The position numbers were made by a program, and so were the translations under genes. A stretch of DNA of 64,000 nucleotides from Ylistrum balloti (taxonomy: Eukaryota), in assembly GCF_031769215.1 (NCBI RefSeq), contig NW_026782240.1, positions 310,001-374,000 on the forward strand, given 5' to 3'. Positions 51,701 through 64,000 of the stretch are shown here, in pieces (position 1 is the stretch's first letter; each line of letters begins with the position of its first letter). A model generated the notes under the pieces. That model was not told the DNA's origin. It did no database searches and worked only from the letters and a program-made list of their open reading frames with translations.

Positions 51701-54700
51701 ATAATAGAGAACTGGTATTCCTATACAATTGTAAATAATAGAGAACTGGTATTCCTATACAATTGTAAATAATAGAGAACTGGTATCGTTATACAGTTGT
51801 AAATAATAGAGAACTGGTATCGTTATACAATTGTAAATAATAGAGAACTGGTATTGTTATACAATTGTAAATAATACAGAACTGGTATCGTTATACAATT
51901 GTAAATAATACAGAACTAATATCGTTATACAATTGTAAATAATAGAGAACTGGTATCGTTATACAATTGTAAATAATGCGAAACTGTTATCATTATACAA
52001 TTGTAAATAATAGAGAACTGGTATTCCTATACAATTGTAAATAATAGAGAACTGGTATTCATATACAATTGTAAATAATAGAGAACTGGTATTCCTATAC
52101 AATTGTAAATAATAGAGAACTGGTATTGTTATACAATTGTAATTAATAGAGAACTAATATCGTTATACAATTGTAAATAATAGATAACTAATATCGTTAT
52201 ACAATTGTAAATAATAGAGAACTGATATCGTTATACAATTGTAAATAATAGAGAACTGGTATTCCTATACAATTGTAAATAATAGAGAACTGGTATTGTT
52301 ATACAATTGTAATTAATAGAGAACTAATATCGTTATACAATTGTAAATAATATAGAACTGATATCGTTATACAATTGTAAATAATAGAGAACTGGTATTC
52401 CTATACAATTGTAAATAATAGAGAACTGATATCGTTATACAATTGTAAATAATAGAGAACTAATATCGTTATACAATTGTAAATAATAGAGAACTGGTAT
52501 TCCTATACAATTGTAAATAATAGAGAACTAATATCGTTATACAATTGTAAATAATAGAGAACTGGTATTCCTATACAATTGTAATTAATAGATAACTAAT
52601 ATCGTTACACAATTGTAAATAATAGAGAACTGATATCGTTATACAATTGTAAATAATAGAGAACTGGTATTCCTATACAATTGTAAATAATAGAGAACTG
52701 GTATTCCTATACAATTGTAATTAATAGATAACTAATATCGTTACACAATTGTAAATAATAGAGAACTGATATCGTTATACAATTGCTAACTCATCTCTTC
52801 GATTATTTGGGCGAGCTTGACAAAAGTAAAATAACAGGAAGTGACGTCATTGTCTACTGACGATGAACCCACAAGGTGAGGTGTACATCGCTCCTCGTTT
52901 CTCGTGTCATTAGGTAGTATTTACTTATTACATTCCGTTGAGGTGATATTTTCAGCCCATTTAGTTTTTTTTTTAAAGCTCATAACGTTTAACATGTACG
53001 CAGAAAAGTCACGTAAACATGTATAAATGTATACAAACATGTTATTAAAGCACTTGACTGGTGGCCCTTTAAAGAAATATACAATTTTTTACATGTTGTC
53101 TTTATTTGCTTTCTTTCAACTTTTAATTTGCTTATTTATTCGTTATTCGAATAAATATTTGAGTTTCAGCCAATGCCCTTGCTAAGGGCCGATAGCAAGG
53201 GAGAGTTAGGTATGATTAGCAGATAAAAAAAAAATCTTGGAAGCCATCTTTGACGGATTAATACAATGAACATGACGGACGTACACGAATTATTTTTTTA
53301 TAAGATATAGCCTACAGTGAGTAACACTGTAAACTTATATCATACAATTTGTGAAATGGCTCGAGAACAGCACGTCTCTTGTGAACTGCGGTAATCTAGA
53401 CTCTACAACCCCTTATACCCGCTTCCGACTTTTTTTCTGTCAACAATGAAAGGCGATGGGATAGAAATCTGAGTAAACAGGAGTTCGCTTTTGTCCTTCT
53501 CTTTGCCGAATGTCGCCCTCCACCAAGAAAAAATATATGTTTGACACATAGGTATACATACGGGAGTGAAAGACGGTTTAATTAATAGTTACCTGCCTAC
53601 CAGTACGTTTTACGTAAATCAAAAACGAAATCAAAGTCATTATCGCCTGGTATTAAATATTTAAGTGGAGGGATACGAAGTACGAAACACTAAGGTTACC
53701 AAAACACTTAGCGCCTTCTCTGTTAAGCTGGCCGTATCTACTCTACCAGACAGAATGAGAATGGTTTTGTAACTGATTAACGTTCTTAAATCTAGCAATA
53801 TTACTCAAAATAAAACTTCTTCTCTTTCTTTTTGTTGAATCTTTCCAAGGAATGTTTTAATTGCACATAGAAATATTGCAAATGTTTGCATATCATATCC
53901 AAAATGGTCGGAAAAACAGAATTCTGAAATGCAGCAAGATCTTGTATGCCTTAAATAGCACAGCTTCTTAATTACGACAATGACACCGACAATGGTCAAT
54001 GGTCAATGGATACAGAAATGATTAGAAACAGAAAGAACCCGAGATATCTTACATCAAAATAGGATAGGAATGAATATTTCTGATTGATCTCTTAGTATGT
54101 CTTTACAATGCCGACAAATATTCTGTATTTTCGAAATAAAATATTGGTTCAACTGAAAAATCGTATCAGAGAAAGCAAATATCACGCCACAATCAATCAT
54201 ATGAAATGCTCTTTTAATCGACTGTTACAAATCATGTCCTAAACTGAATGCCTGCTCAAGGACATTTGATTCAGGGAGTGTTTTCTCTTCAGTTCAAAAA
54301 GACTGTTCTAAGGGTAGTTATCATACATAGATGTTCCGTCGCATACGCACATGTTTGAATCGGTATTACCTTGTTTATTGGGGGTATAAACGTGCTTACA
54401 TATAACTGGTTCACTTAAGCAACGCTGGAATTTCTTTCTGAATTACGTAACATCTTAAAGGTTTTTCATGAGTAGATAATTAATGGCAAGGTTCCAACAT
54501 ATCTATTCAAAGTGTCAATATAAAATCCACATTTCCATTTGAATGAGTTCCAGACACTTTCGAACAAAACAAATAAAAAAAAATGTTCTCAGATAAAAGT
54601 TGATAATTCTAAATTTAGTTTACATTGATCAGTCTTGCAGTATTTCTTTTGATATATTGCATGTCGTTCTCGGGTACACATACTTAAATACATAACTTAA

Positions 54701-57700
54701 ACAATGTCATCAACAATCATAATATCTTAAATGTATTAAACAAATAATGATATGAATGGAATTTGTCAAAAATATCTATATTCTTTTGTTCAGTTTCGCA
54801 AATTGACATGCAATGATAGCAATAGGTTACTGTGTAAATACACTTCTGTACATGTGTATGGGTTACTGTGTAAATATACTACTGTTCTGTACATGTGTAT
54901 AGGTTACTGTGTAAATACACTACTTTACTGTACATGTGTATAGGTTACTGTGTAAATACACTACTGTACTGACATGTGTATAGGTTACTGTGTAAATACA
55001 CTACTGTACATGTGTATAGGTTACTGTGTAAATACACTACTGTACTGACATGTGTATAGGTTACTGTGTAAATACACTACTGTACATGTGTATAGGTTAC
55101 TGTGTAAATACACTACTGTACTGTACATGTGTATAGGTAGCTGTGTAAATACACTACTGTACATGTGTATAGATTACTGTGTAAATACACTACTGTACAT
55201 GTGTATAGATTACTGTGTAAATACACTACTGTACATGTGTATAGATTACTGTGTAAATACACTACTGTACATGTGTATAGATTACTGTGTAAATACACTA
55301 CTGTACATGTGTATAGATTACTGTGTAAATACACTACTGTACATGTGTATAGATTACTGTGTAAATACACTACTGTATATGTGTATAGATTACTGTGTAA
55401 ATACACTACTGTATATGTGTATAGATTACTGTGTAAATACACTACTGTACATGTGTATAGATTACTGTGTAAATACACTACTGTACATGTGTATAGATTA
55501 CTGTGTAAATACACTACTGTATATATGTATAGATTACTGTGTAAATACACTACTGTACATGTGTATAGATTACTGTGTAAATATCACTGTAGCAGTACAT
55601 TACTATTGTGAATGTTATACGTCACTTGTAATCTTATCTATTTATGGGTAAAATTTTCGCGGTTTAACCGGAAGCTTGATGCAAAATGGATGCACTTAGA
55701 CGGAAGTCAGATAATAGACTTTTGTTTTCTTTAACATATACCGTTTTGTGACGTCATCGCCAGTTACAACTTTTGCGACGTCTGGGCGAAGTTAAGGTCC
55801 ACATCATGGTCGTCGTTATCCTTTTTGACACTAACTCCGATCCTCACCAAACTCATAGCCTGTAAATCATCTGTTGAGTCTACCAATTATTCACTTACAT
55901 TTGAAGTGCGTTTAGTGGCACATAGGTAACATGGAAATATCAGAGGTTTTATAAAAACTTACGATAACAATTCATTAGCATCCGAACAGATAAAAAATAT
56001 TTTTAAAAATGCATGTACTCCAATATATATTTGTAATAATGTCATGACGTAACCTTATAAAGACAGATGAGTTCACTTTTATGCTAAATACGTGAACGTG
56101 TCGTATCAAGCAACCTAAAGTTATGAACTACAAACCGTGAGCTTTATTGGTAGTCCGACAGCTATATTAACAACAAAATAAAATAAATATAAGTATATTG
56201 TACCTTCACGTGCTTTTTCTGTAACCTTGTAAATTAACTGTTTTTTTTTCTTTCCAGCATGTTAAAGACAAAGAGCTGAGTCTACTATGGCATTCGCCTG
56301 GCAACCTTTCTAGTATATCTGAAGAGGAAGTTCCCGTTAACCGGAACAATATTAAACCCGAAACTGAAAATAAAGGTATTTATCTAAATGGAACAGAGGA
56401 CGGATCGTCTCTTAGTCGCAACAGTTATGCGAGCAATAACAGTCTTGACTCGCTTGATAGTGACGTAAGTTCTGACGAACAAAAGGCGGAGAAATCGTTA
56501 AGTGATGACGGAGTTGGACGCAAATTGTCTTCCTTCAAAGGCTATCAATCCGTTAATTTACAAATGACGTATCCAGATCCTCGATATCTCGGTCAAAGAC
56601 GGGCAAGCACGCAGTGTATTCCGCAGTCTAATCTGACCGGTCATGTCTTGTCTGACAAAAAAGTCTACCAACGCCAAAGAAGAGCGAGTTTTCAATGCGA
56701 GGCCGTGTTGACAAAGTCTCGAAACGAGGACACCAGTTCTAAAATCATATCAGATATGAAACTAAATTATAACTCTCCTGGTCCCCTTCACGCAGTCATG
56801 AGACAGTATGGCAGCTCTTCAAATCTTTCACATAAATCAACTCCTAGTTTGTCATCAACATCTTTAAACATTGGAAAATTAGAGGCGAAAAATCCTATGG
56901 ACGTTTTACGTGATTGGGAACTCGAAAAAACTAAAGATGCTGAAAACACCAAAACAGCTGCCTCTTCACAACAAGTGTCGACACAAAACAAAGCGCAAAT
57001 CGTGAGCAATAGTGTGTGTCAAGAAAAAATGATGCCAAGAAGTGATAAAGGTATTAAATCAAACATGGTTGATGAAGCTGAAAAAGAAAATAACAATGAA
57101 AATAAGGTTTGTTCATCGTCAGAATCAGAAGATAGAATTAAAGCAAACGCTGTGGACAATGGGGCGGAAGAAAAACAGAGACCAAAGGTTACCAAATACC
57201 TAAATACAGATAAAGACAAAGAAAAGGCAAACGTTATCAATCGTAGAACAAATATTTCCACGGAACTGTCAGTTTCTACATCAAACTTCGACCACATACG
57301 CGAGCAAAGCTTTACGTCAGACTATTACGGGTCTATCGAGACCATTCATTCCGTCCAGTCACTTCCTGTCTCACGGGTACCGTCTTCTAATTACAAACAA
57401 AGCACTAGTTCTGCGGGATCTACCTTCAAGGACCAATTCGTGTCCAGTAACAGACGTCATAGCCTTCCGTGTAACAGTTCCAAAAACTTTTTGTCTACGC
57501 CATCGAGAACGCGAAGCCAAGTGCATAATCTACCAAATGGGGTTACGGCTCCAGATTTCGCGAGGAAACCAAACAGTACACGTGCGCTAAAAGTACCAAA
57601 TTCTTCATTAGATACCAACCTCCGCGCTTCATCTGGAAATCTTTCCTGCGGCGATGATGACGTGTTTGACAACACAAAAACTACGACAACTTTCGATGTT

Positions 57701-58126
57701 CAACGCCAGCAGACAACAGCTGTTAGTGCGGATGTGTCCGGGGAAGAAACAATCAATGTGCTCAAAGAGTCCATATCTAGAAAATGTAAACCAAACTTTC
57801 ATCAAACCACTGAACAGGTATGGAACCTGTCTGCACCACCGCCACATTGTTCTAACAAACGTGTTCCAGATAACAGTGGTTTACAAAATACGCAAACGTA
57901 CGTTACCAAAGCGACAGCGGATGAAGGATATGTTGCTTCAGTGTCGTCGAGAGAAAATTCGTACGAGGATTTGATAGGAGGTGAAATCATACGAGAAACT
58001 GGAAAGTTGACGGATGTTAATGGGAAAACGAATTCAGACATTGTAGAGATACCAGGAAAAAATGATAAAGATTCTAAAGACACAAAAAAGGTTGTGACGA
58101 AGACTTTTCTAGAAACGACGCTCTAA
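36711..58126 (+). CDS. Dapper/DACT-like scaffold protein, 736 aa. Coding exons 36711-37052 and 56258-58126, separated by a 19.2-kb intron
   Basis: In-frame stop just upstream of ATG 36711; donor CTG|GTTAGT at 37052; acceptor (T)10CTTTCCAG|CAT at 56258; phase-0 join; 623-codon terminal exon. N-terminal RLRPRIEESLAGLAELKMLREKQLQRIQDA matches recalled DACT3 RLRGWLEGSLAGLCELHWLRERQEYRVQQA; C-terminus LETTL* (DACT: L/VMTTV). The two exons are secure; their joining and the family name are inferred. Confidence 0.78.
38275..39621. repeat. Minisatellite, 33-bp unit (catcagtgataccttcctctctagtcatcacta), about 40 copies
   Basis: Direct periodicity; source of the MTREEGITDVE, SVIPSSLVIST and SDTFLSSHLYI ORFs. 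Confidence 0.98.
40073..43650. repeat. Minisatellite, 27-bp unit (aaggctgtgactctcgttcatctcgtt), about 132 copies, with higher-order blocks
   Basis: Direct periodicity; source of the VKAVTLVHL ORFs. A rare TAG variant recurs at 41531, 42341 and 43313. Confidence 0.98.
44444..44909. repeat. Minisatellite, 28-bp unit (tcatgacattgtcttattggtaacaagg), about 17 copies, within a longer degenerate array (about 44270-45540)
   Basis: Direct periodicity with decayed related units on both sides. Confidence 0.96.
45330..45540. repeat. 61-bp tandem repeat, about 3.5 copies (tatttgttagctaggcctgacctaggcagtgtctatttattgcgtagcccaggccagtatc)
   Basis: Unit starts at 45330, 45391, 45452 and 45513. Confidence 0.92.
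46243..47273. repeat. Minisatellite, 35-bp unit (gtagacgttttgtctgggtaagatgtgtataccat), about 29 copies
   Basis: Direct periodicity. Confidence 0.97.
47888..48236. repeat. Minisatellite, 51-bp unit (catcaatatcattagacatgacggcacactgtcttatacccagtagtttta), about 7 copies
   Basis: Direct periodicity; gives a 17-aa repeat in both strand ORFs. Confidence 0.96.
50900..52785. repeat. Minisatellite, 34-bp unit (ttatacaattgtaaataatagagaactggtatcg), about 55 copies
   Basis: Direct periodicity. Confidence 0.98.
54822..55583. repeat. Minisatellite, 36-bp unit (gtatagattactgtgtaaatacactactgtacatgt), about 21 copies
   Basis: Direct periodicity; source of the YRLLCKYTTVHV ORFs. Confidence 0.97.
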
Positions 58127-60122
58127 ATATTTTAACAATGAATAATTTTTTTCTGGATTTGACAGCTATCCCTTCAGTTTTTTTTAATACCATACAAACT
58201 GTTGTTCCCGTGAGTAATAAACATCAGTGAAGTGTATTATTTAGCCAGAAACCGTGGATTAGCATTATAAATATTACACGTGTGTTTACGAACAATGCAT
58301 TTACATTGTCGAGATTTCCACATGTTTTGTTGCTTTTGTTTGTGTTTCACCATTATTTCATGTAATTAAAACACCAGACCTGCTTCGTGTGGACAACTGC
58401 GCTGCAAAAGAAACATACTGCATTCGCTCATTCTTTCACAAGTTGCAATCTGCTTTGATATAGTTTATAGTTTGAAATTGAATTGTAAACTCTAACATAA
58501 TGTCGTTAACTTCAGATAAGATATTTTCACGTGGTAAGATGTACTGCTGATCATTCACATGTCTCACTGACCCGTCAGCGAAGTGATTAATTCTATTTGT
58601 CCTGTGAATTTTCCAAGGTCGCTAAACGAGGTTGTAGAGCAAGTTCAAAATAAAAGCGAAGCTTCGACTGCTTTTCTGTGTTCTGTATTTTGTATGTTGT
58701 TTTTGCTGTTGTTTTATTTTTGTTTTTTTTGTTTTTTGTTTTTGTTTTCGTTTTTTTTTTTTTTTTTTTTTTGGGGGGGGGGGGGGAGGGGGGAGTCGAT
58801 TTTATTTCGAGGACGCATTCTGCTATAGAAAGTTAGAACGTGTCTGATTTGTTTGCGATGAAAGTGGTTTACAACTGGACCTGGTTTTTAGGATATATCG
58901 GAATTAATCGACAAGCAACTTTAGGCTGAACAAATATCATTTTCATTCCTTGACTTCGGATATTTATGTTTGTAAAGAAGTGATAATTACTTAATGTTCT
59001 TTTTTTAATTTAATCATTTCTCATTGTTATTCACCAGCCTTTATATTCGTATCAGCCTTTCCCCCTCTATTTCTAACACGTTAACTGATCGGCAGGTCTG
59101 CTGTATATTGGTATCATTGGTTATTAAGCTAGGTGGTGATGTTATCAAGTCAGAAAATATAACATTTTCATATCATGTAAATCAAAACAACAATTAACAT
59201 AAAGATTAAAATATCATTCATTGTTGCTTTGATATGTATAGTATATAATGAAACTATAATATATCTCAGAATAATGCAGTCCTAGACAAGTCTGTAATAC
59301 ATATCGCTGTACATATTGACTCACGTGATTTATCTACCAGAGACACACTCATCTATATACGCCTACGTTACCGAACATAGTTCAATTTACAAAATCTTCA
59401 GCAAACACGCACAGATAATGATGACCTTATTTAAACTGTTAACAACTACTATCATTTAGACGTTTTCTTACACAGTGATCGGACAGGTAAAACATGGGTC
59501 GTGAGTTCTGCTCTGCAGTGCATCGATAAGTCACACAAGTCAGATGTTTCGCTATCTATACAGTCTTTCTGGTATCAGTAAGAATAATATGAAGGGTACA
59601 AGAGATTTTATAGTTTATCTGGAAGTTACACGAGATTTCAGGATAAATTTGAAGGTTACACGTTTTTATAAAAAAATTGAAGGCATTTCAATTGCGCACG
59701 AGACATTTGGAAGTTGCACGAGATTTCGTTGTCATTTGAAGGTTGCATGCGATATTATGATACGTTTCAAGTTTTACATTGTATGTATAGATACACGTTT
59801 ATGTTTATTGTGTGACATGTGTACATATATATCTAATATTTTAGAATAGTTGAATTCGAGTTTGACATAATCATATCGATGCTGACAGCAATATTACCTT
59901 TCGTGCCAGCCCCCAAATGGATACAAAATAGCATTTTATATTTCGTCTATAAAATACTTCATTAGAATTAGTAAAAAGACCTAAACATCTTCCGTTACAA
60001 TGTTTTTTTATTATCATTTATTTATTTTTCTTATTTTTTGTGCCGCCATTTTGCCCTCATATATATTAGGAGTGTCTATATCAACATGCAATATACCCCC
60101 ACAACAGCGGTGCCAATCACAT

Positions 60123-60856
60123 GCACTTGCCCCCACTTATTTTCCTGTTTGGTTGTTTATTATCACAGGCATTTGTCCCCACTTATTTTCTTGTTTGGTT
60201 GTTTAGTATCACAGGCTCTTGTCACCACTTATTTTCCTGTTTCGTTGTTAAGTATCACAGGCTCTTGTCCCCGCTTATTTTCCTGTTTGGTTGTTTAGTA
60301 TCACAGGCACTTGTCCCCACTTATTTTCTTGTTGGTTGTTTAGTATCACAGGCTCTTGTCCCCACTTATTTTCCTGTTTGGTTGTTTAGTATCACAGGAT
60401 CTTGTCCCCACTTATTTTCCTGTTTGGTTGTTTAGTATTACAGGCACTTGTCCCCACTTATTTTCCTGTTCGGTTGTTTAGTATCACAGGCACTTGTCCC
60501 CACTTATTTTCTTGTCCCCACTTATTTTCTTGTTTGGTTGTTTAGTATCACAGGCACTTGTCCCCACTTATTTTCTTGTTGGTTGTTTAGTATCACAGGC
60601 ACTTGTCCCCACTTATTTTCCTGTTTGGTTGTTTAGTATCACAGGCACCTGTCCCCACTTATTTTCTTGTTGGTTGTTTAGTATCACAGGTTCTTGTTCC
60701 CACTTATTTTCTTGTTGGTTGTTTAGTATCACAGGTTCTTGTCACCACTTATTTTCCTGTTTGGCTGTTTAGTATCACAGGCACTTGTCCCCACTTATTT
60801 TCTTGTTGGTTGTTTAGTATCACAGGTTCTTGTCCCCACTTATTTTCCTGTTTGGT
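60123..60856. repeat. Minisatellite, 45-46-bp unit (ttgtccccacttattttcctgtttggttgtttagtatcacaggcac), about 16 copies
   Basis: Direct periodicity. Confidence 0.97.
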
Positions 60857-62596
60857 GTTATGTATTAATACTTATAAATATATACTGTTGTTGCTGAGGT
60901 TTATCCGATAGAAGATTTGTATTTGTAAAAGGGTCTGTAGTAAATCTAACAGTTATGTAATTGTGAGCCTTTTACTAGCAGTATAATATATGTAGGTTTG
61001 TATTGGAGAGACAGGGTCGGTAAAGGCTGGGTTAGTTACACAGTGGAATATAATGGTCGTATTTACTATTTCTTTCCTGATGTGTACAACTTGTACTGAT
61101 TTCAATCGATCAGACTTTGCTAAAATTCCACGGACAATATCTTTGGTGTAGTAACTTGTGATCCAATTACACTTAACAGATCAATTATAGGGTCATATTT
61201 AGGTCCTTCAAATCCAAGATATTTCTTTGAAAGTGTTTAATTGTTACAATGACTGCTTTAAAAAGATTATATCGCACATTAAAATCAAACAATGATAAAA
61301 CAGGAATGTGCCAGGTGTGAAAAAACCCACATAAATATACACACAAACAGTCAATAAATTTTACAGTATTCTTAGTAAAAGACTTAGTATCCAGCCAGAT
61401 TAGTCACAAATAATACAAAAATGTTTTAGCCAGAGCTTAGCGGTCAAGACACTTGAGATTTTTTACGTTACGAAAATAAATACAAGAGAAAATATCATGC
61501 AGGCTTTGAGCTGTTTGAGAGAAGATCAGTTGGGAGCCAAGGCTGTTGTTTGTGTAAGGTATGGGCGGTACGGTAACACCCTGCTTTCCCATCTGCCATG
61601 ATACTCCCAGAATAACTGGATATTTTACCTTATTATAGATTAAGGATTAGTGGTCGAGCACCTGTATCTTGACCAGGTTCAAGTGGAAGATTTCGTTTAT
61701 ATTTAGAAATGTACGCCATTTACACAAAAAAGATATCACTTGACTTTTTGAAGAAAATATCATAACTTTGTATGGATAAAGGTATTACCGGTTTTAATGC
61801 CGGGGAGAGTTTGACTTATAATCATATACTATTCTTTATCATGACTTTTTAAAAAGTATTAAAAAAATATATAAATTTATAAATAAATAATGCTTATGAC
61901 CGCTGGTTTATACTATAAACAGGGGTGACACGTACTTATACTGATCACCCGACGCGACGTTACATAGCCACATTGCACCACTGATGTGACGTAAAGAGCT
62001 TTACCTGCAACTGGCAGTGTCATTGTCGGGAACATCTACCACATAATAGTTTTGCTTTATTCGGCATTAACGGAAAATAGTTGTATTTTAACACGTTTTG
62101 TGTTGCTATTTACGAAAATTCATCAAATCTGTCATTCGTTGAAGGTTGGAACTATGTTTCTGCGCGGAGCATTTATTTTGACATACGTCATTAGGCAATA
62201 AACAAAGAGTAAACTACAAAATTGTCAAAGTTTCAATAGTCTGATTTTCAATCAATATTGCAGAATTAATAGAATGAAAGGTCAGTGTCTTAGACATATA
62301 AGCTGTATTTTGGCTCGGGACACAAAAAGAAAAAAATGGCACACCAGACGCTCGCCACTTTTGTCTTTCATCACTCTCGCCAAAATACATCTTGTTATTT
62401 AAGGCACTTCCACAAATCCTCTATATACTGGTCTCTTGACGTGGTGTATATAGCTGTTCTAAACACGTGACGCGACGTGTTGCACCATTTTCAGTTAATG
62501 CCATTGTCTATATTAGGACTTCACCAATTATTTCTGAATGGTGCAAGGTATGTAACACAAGTGACATACACACAAAAATATGGGTAATTTCATCCC

Positions 62597-64000
62597 TAAA
62601 ATGGAAAGTAACAATACTGAACCTCTAACATGAGAACTAACAATAATGAACATCTAACGTGTGAAGTAACAACATTGAACCTCTAACATGGCGAGTAACA
62701 ATAATGAACCTTTAACGTGGGAAGTAACAATATTGAACCTCTAACGTGAGAACTAACAATATTGAACCTTTAACATGTGAACTAACAACATTGAATCTCT
62801 AAAATGGTGAGTAACAATAATGAACCTTTAACGTGGGAAGTAACAATAAAGAACCTTTAACGTGGAAAGTAACAACATTGAACCTTTCACGTGGGAAGTA
62901 ACAACATTGAACCTTTAACGTGTGAACTAACAATATTGAACCTCTAACGTGTGAAGTAACAATATTGAACCTCTAACGTGTGAAGAAACAATATTGAACC
63001 TTTAACGTGGGAAGTAACAATATTGAACCTTTAACGTGGAAAGTAACAATATTGAACCTTTAGCGTGTGAAGTAACAATATTGAACCTCTAACGTGTGAA
63101 GTAACAATATTGAACCTCTAACGTGTGAAGTAACAATATTGAACCTCTAACGTGGAAAGTAACAATATTGAACCTCTAACGTGGAAAGTAACAATATTGA
63201 ACCTTTAACGTGTGAACTAACAATATTGAACCTCTAACATGTAAACTAACAATATTGAACATCTAACGTGTGAACTAACAATATTGAACCTCTAACATGT
63301 GAACCAACAATAATGAACCTTTAACGTGGGAAGTAACAATATTGAACCTCTAACATGTGAACTAACAATATTGAACCTCTAAAATGGCGAGTAACAATAA
63401 TGAACCTTTAACGTGGAAAGTAACAATATTGAACCTCTAACGTGGAAAGTAACAATATTGAACCTCTAATGTGGAAAGTAACAACATTGAACCTCTAATG
63501 TGTGAAGTAACAACATTGAACCTCTCAAATGGCGAGTAACAATAAAGAACCTTTAACGTGGAAAGTAACAACATTGAACCTTTAACGTGGGAAGTAACAA
63601 CATTGAACCTCTAACGTGAAAAGTAACAACATTGAACCTCTAACGTGGAAAGTAACAACATTGAACCTCTAATGTGTGAAGTAACAACATTGAACCTCTA
63701 AAATGGCGAGTAACAATAAAGAACCTTTAACGTGGGAAGTAACAATATTGAACCTCTAACGTGAGAACTAACAATATTGAACCTTTAACATGTGAACTAA
63801 CAACATTGAATCTCTAAAATGGTGAAAGTAACAATAATGAACCTTTAACGTGGGAAGTAACAATAAAGAACCTTTAACGTGGAAAGTAACAACATTGAAC
63901 CTTTCACGTGGGAAGTAACAACATTGAACCTTTAACGTGTGAACTAACAATATTGAACCTCTAACGTGTGAAGTAACAATATTGAACCTCTAACGTGTGA
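62597..64000. repeat. Minisatellite, 29-bp unit (aacaatattgaacctctaacgtgtgaagt), at least 48 copies, runs off the window
   Basis: Direct periodicity; a variant block recurs at a 1015-bp (35-unit) offset. Confidence 0.98.

Noticed and set aside
56788-58083. Several antisense or alternate-frame ORFs over the big terminal exon
   Set aside because: Shadows of the 623-codon plus-strand frame. The same holds for 16345-16563, 18056-18250 and 19466-19678 over CLCC1.
58755-58797. Poly-T/poly-G run (also poly-C at about 39630-39665)
   Set aside because: Simple low-complexity sequence. G-quadruplex potential exists, but nothing indicates function.

Overview
AT-rich, intron-containing animal genomic DNA. 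The repeat families suggest a bivalve (oyster-like) mollusc; this is an inference. Four spliced genes can be built exon by exon with GT/AG boundaries and consistent phases. (1) LRRC40 on +, last 13 exons, 5' end outside the window. (2) CLCC1 on -, 7 coding exons, about 593 aa. (3) UQCRH on +, 4 exons, 93 aa, head-to-head with CLCC1. (4) A 736-aa gene on + whose N-terminus closely matches the Dapper/DACT signature and which ends in a PDZ-binding tail (LETTL); this is notable because Dact genes have been described as chordate-specific. About a quarter of the window is minisatellite: about 15 unrelated arrays with 21-51 bp units, filling about half of the 19.2-kb Dact-like intron. These arrays generate most of the long ORFs in the supplied track, which are artefacts. 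Also present are a decayed Penelope-like retroelement with inverted terminal repeats that each carry a hammerhead-ribozyme remnant, a second PLE RT fragment, a CR1/L2-type LINE fragment, several non-autonomous Helitron-like elements and a kink-turn hairpin in a UQCRH intron. No rRNA, tRNA or CRISPR array is supported. All homology calls come from recalled protein sequences, not database searches.
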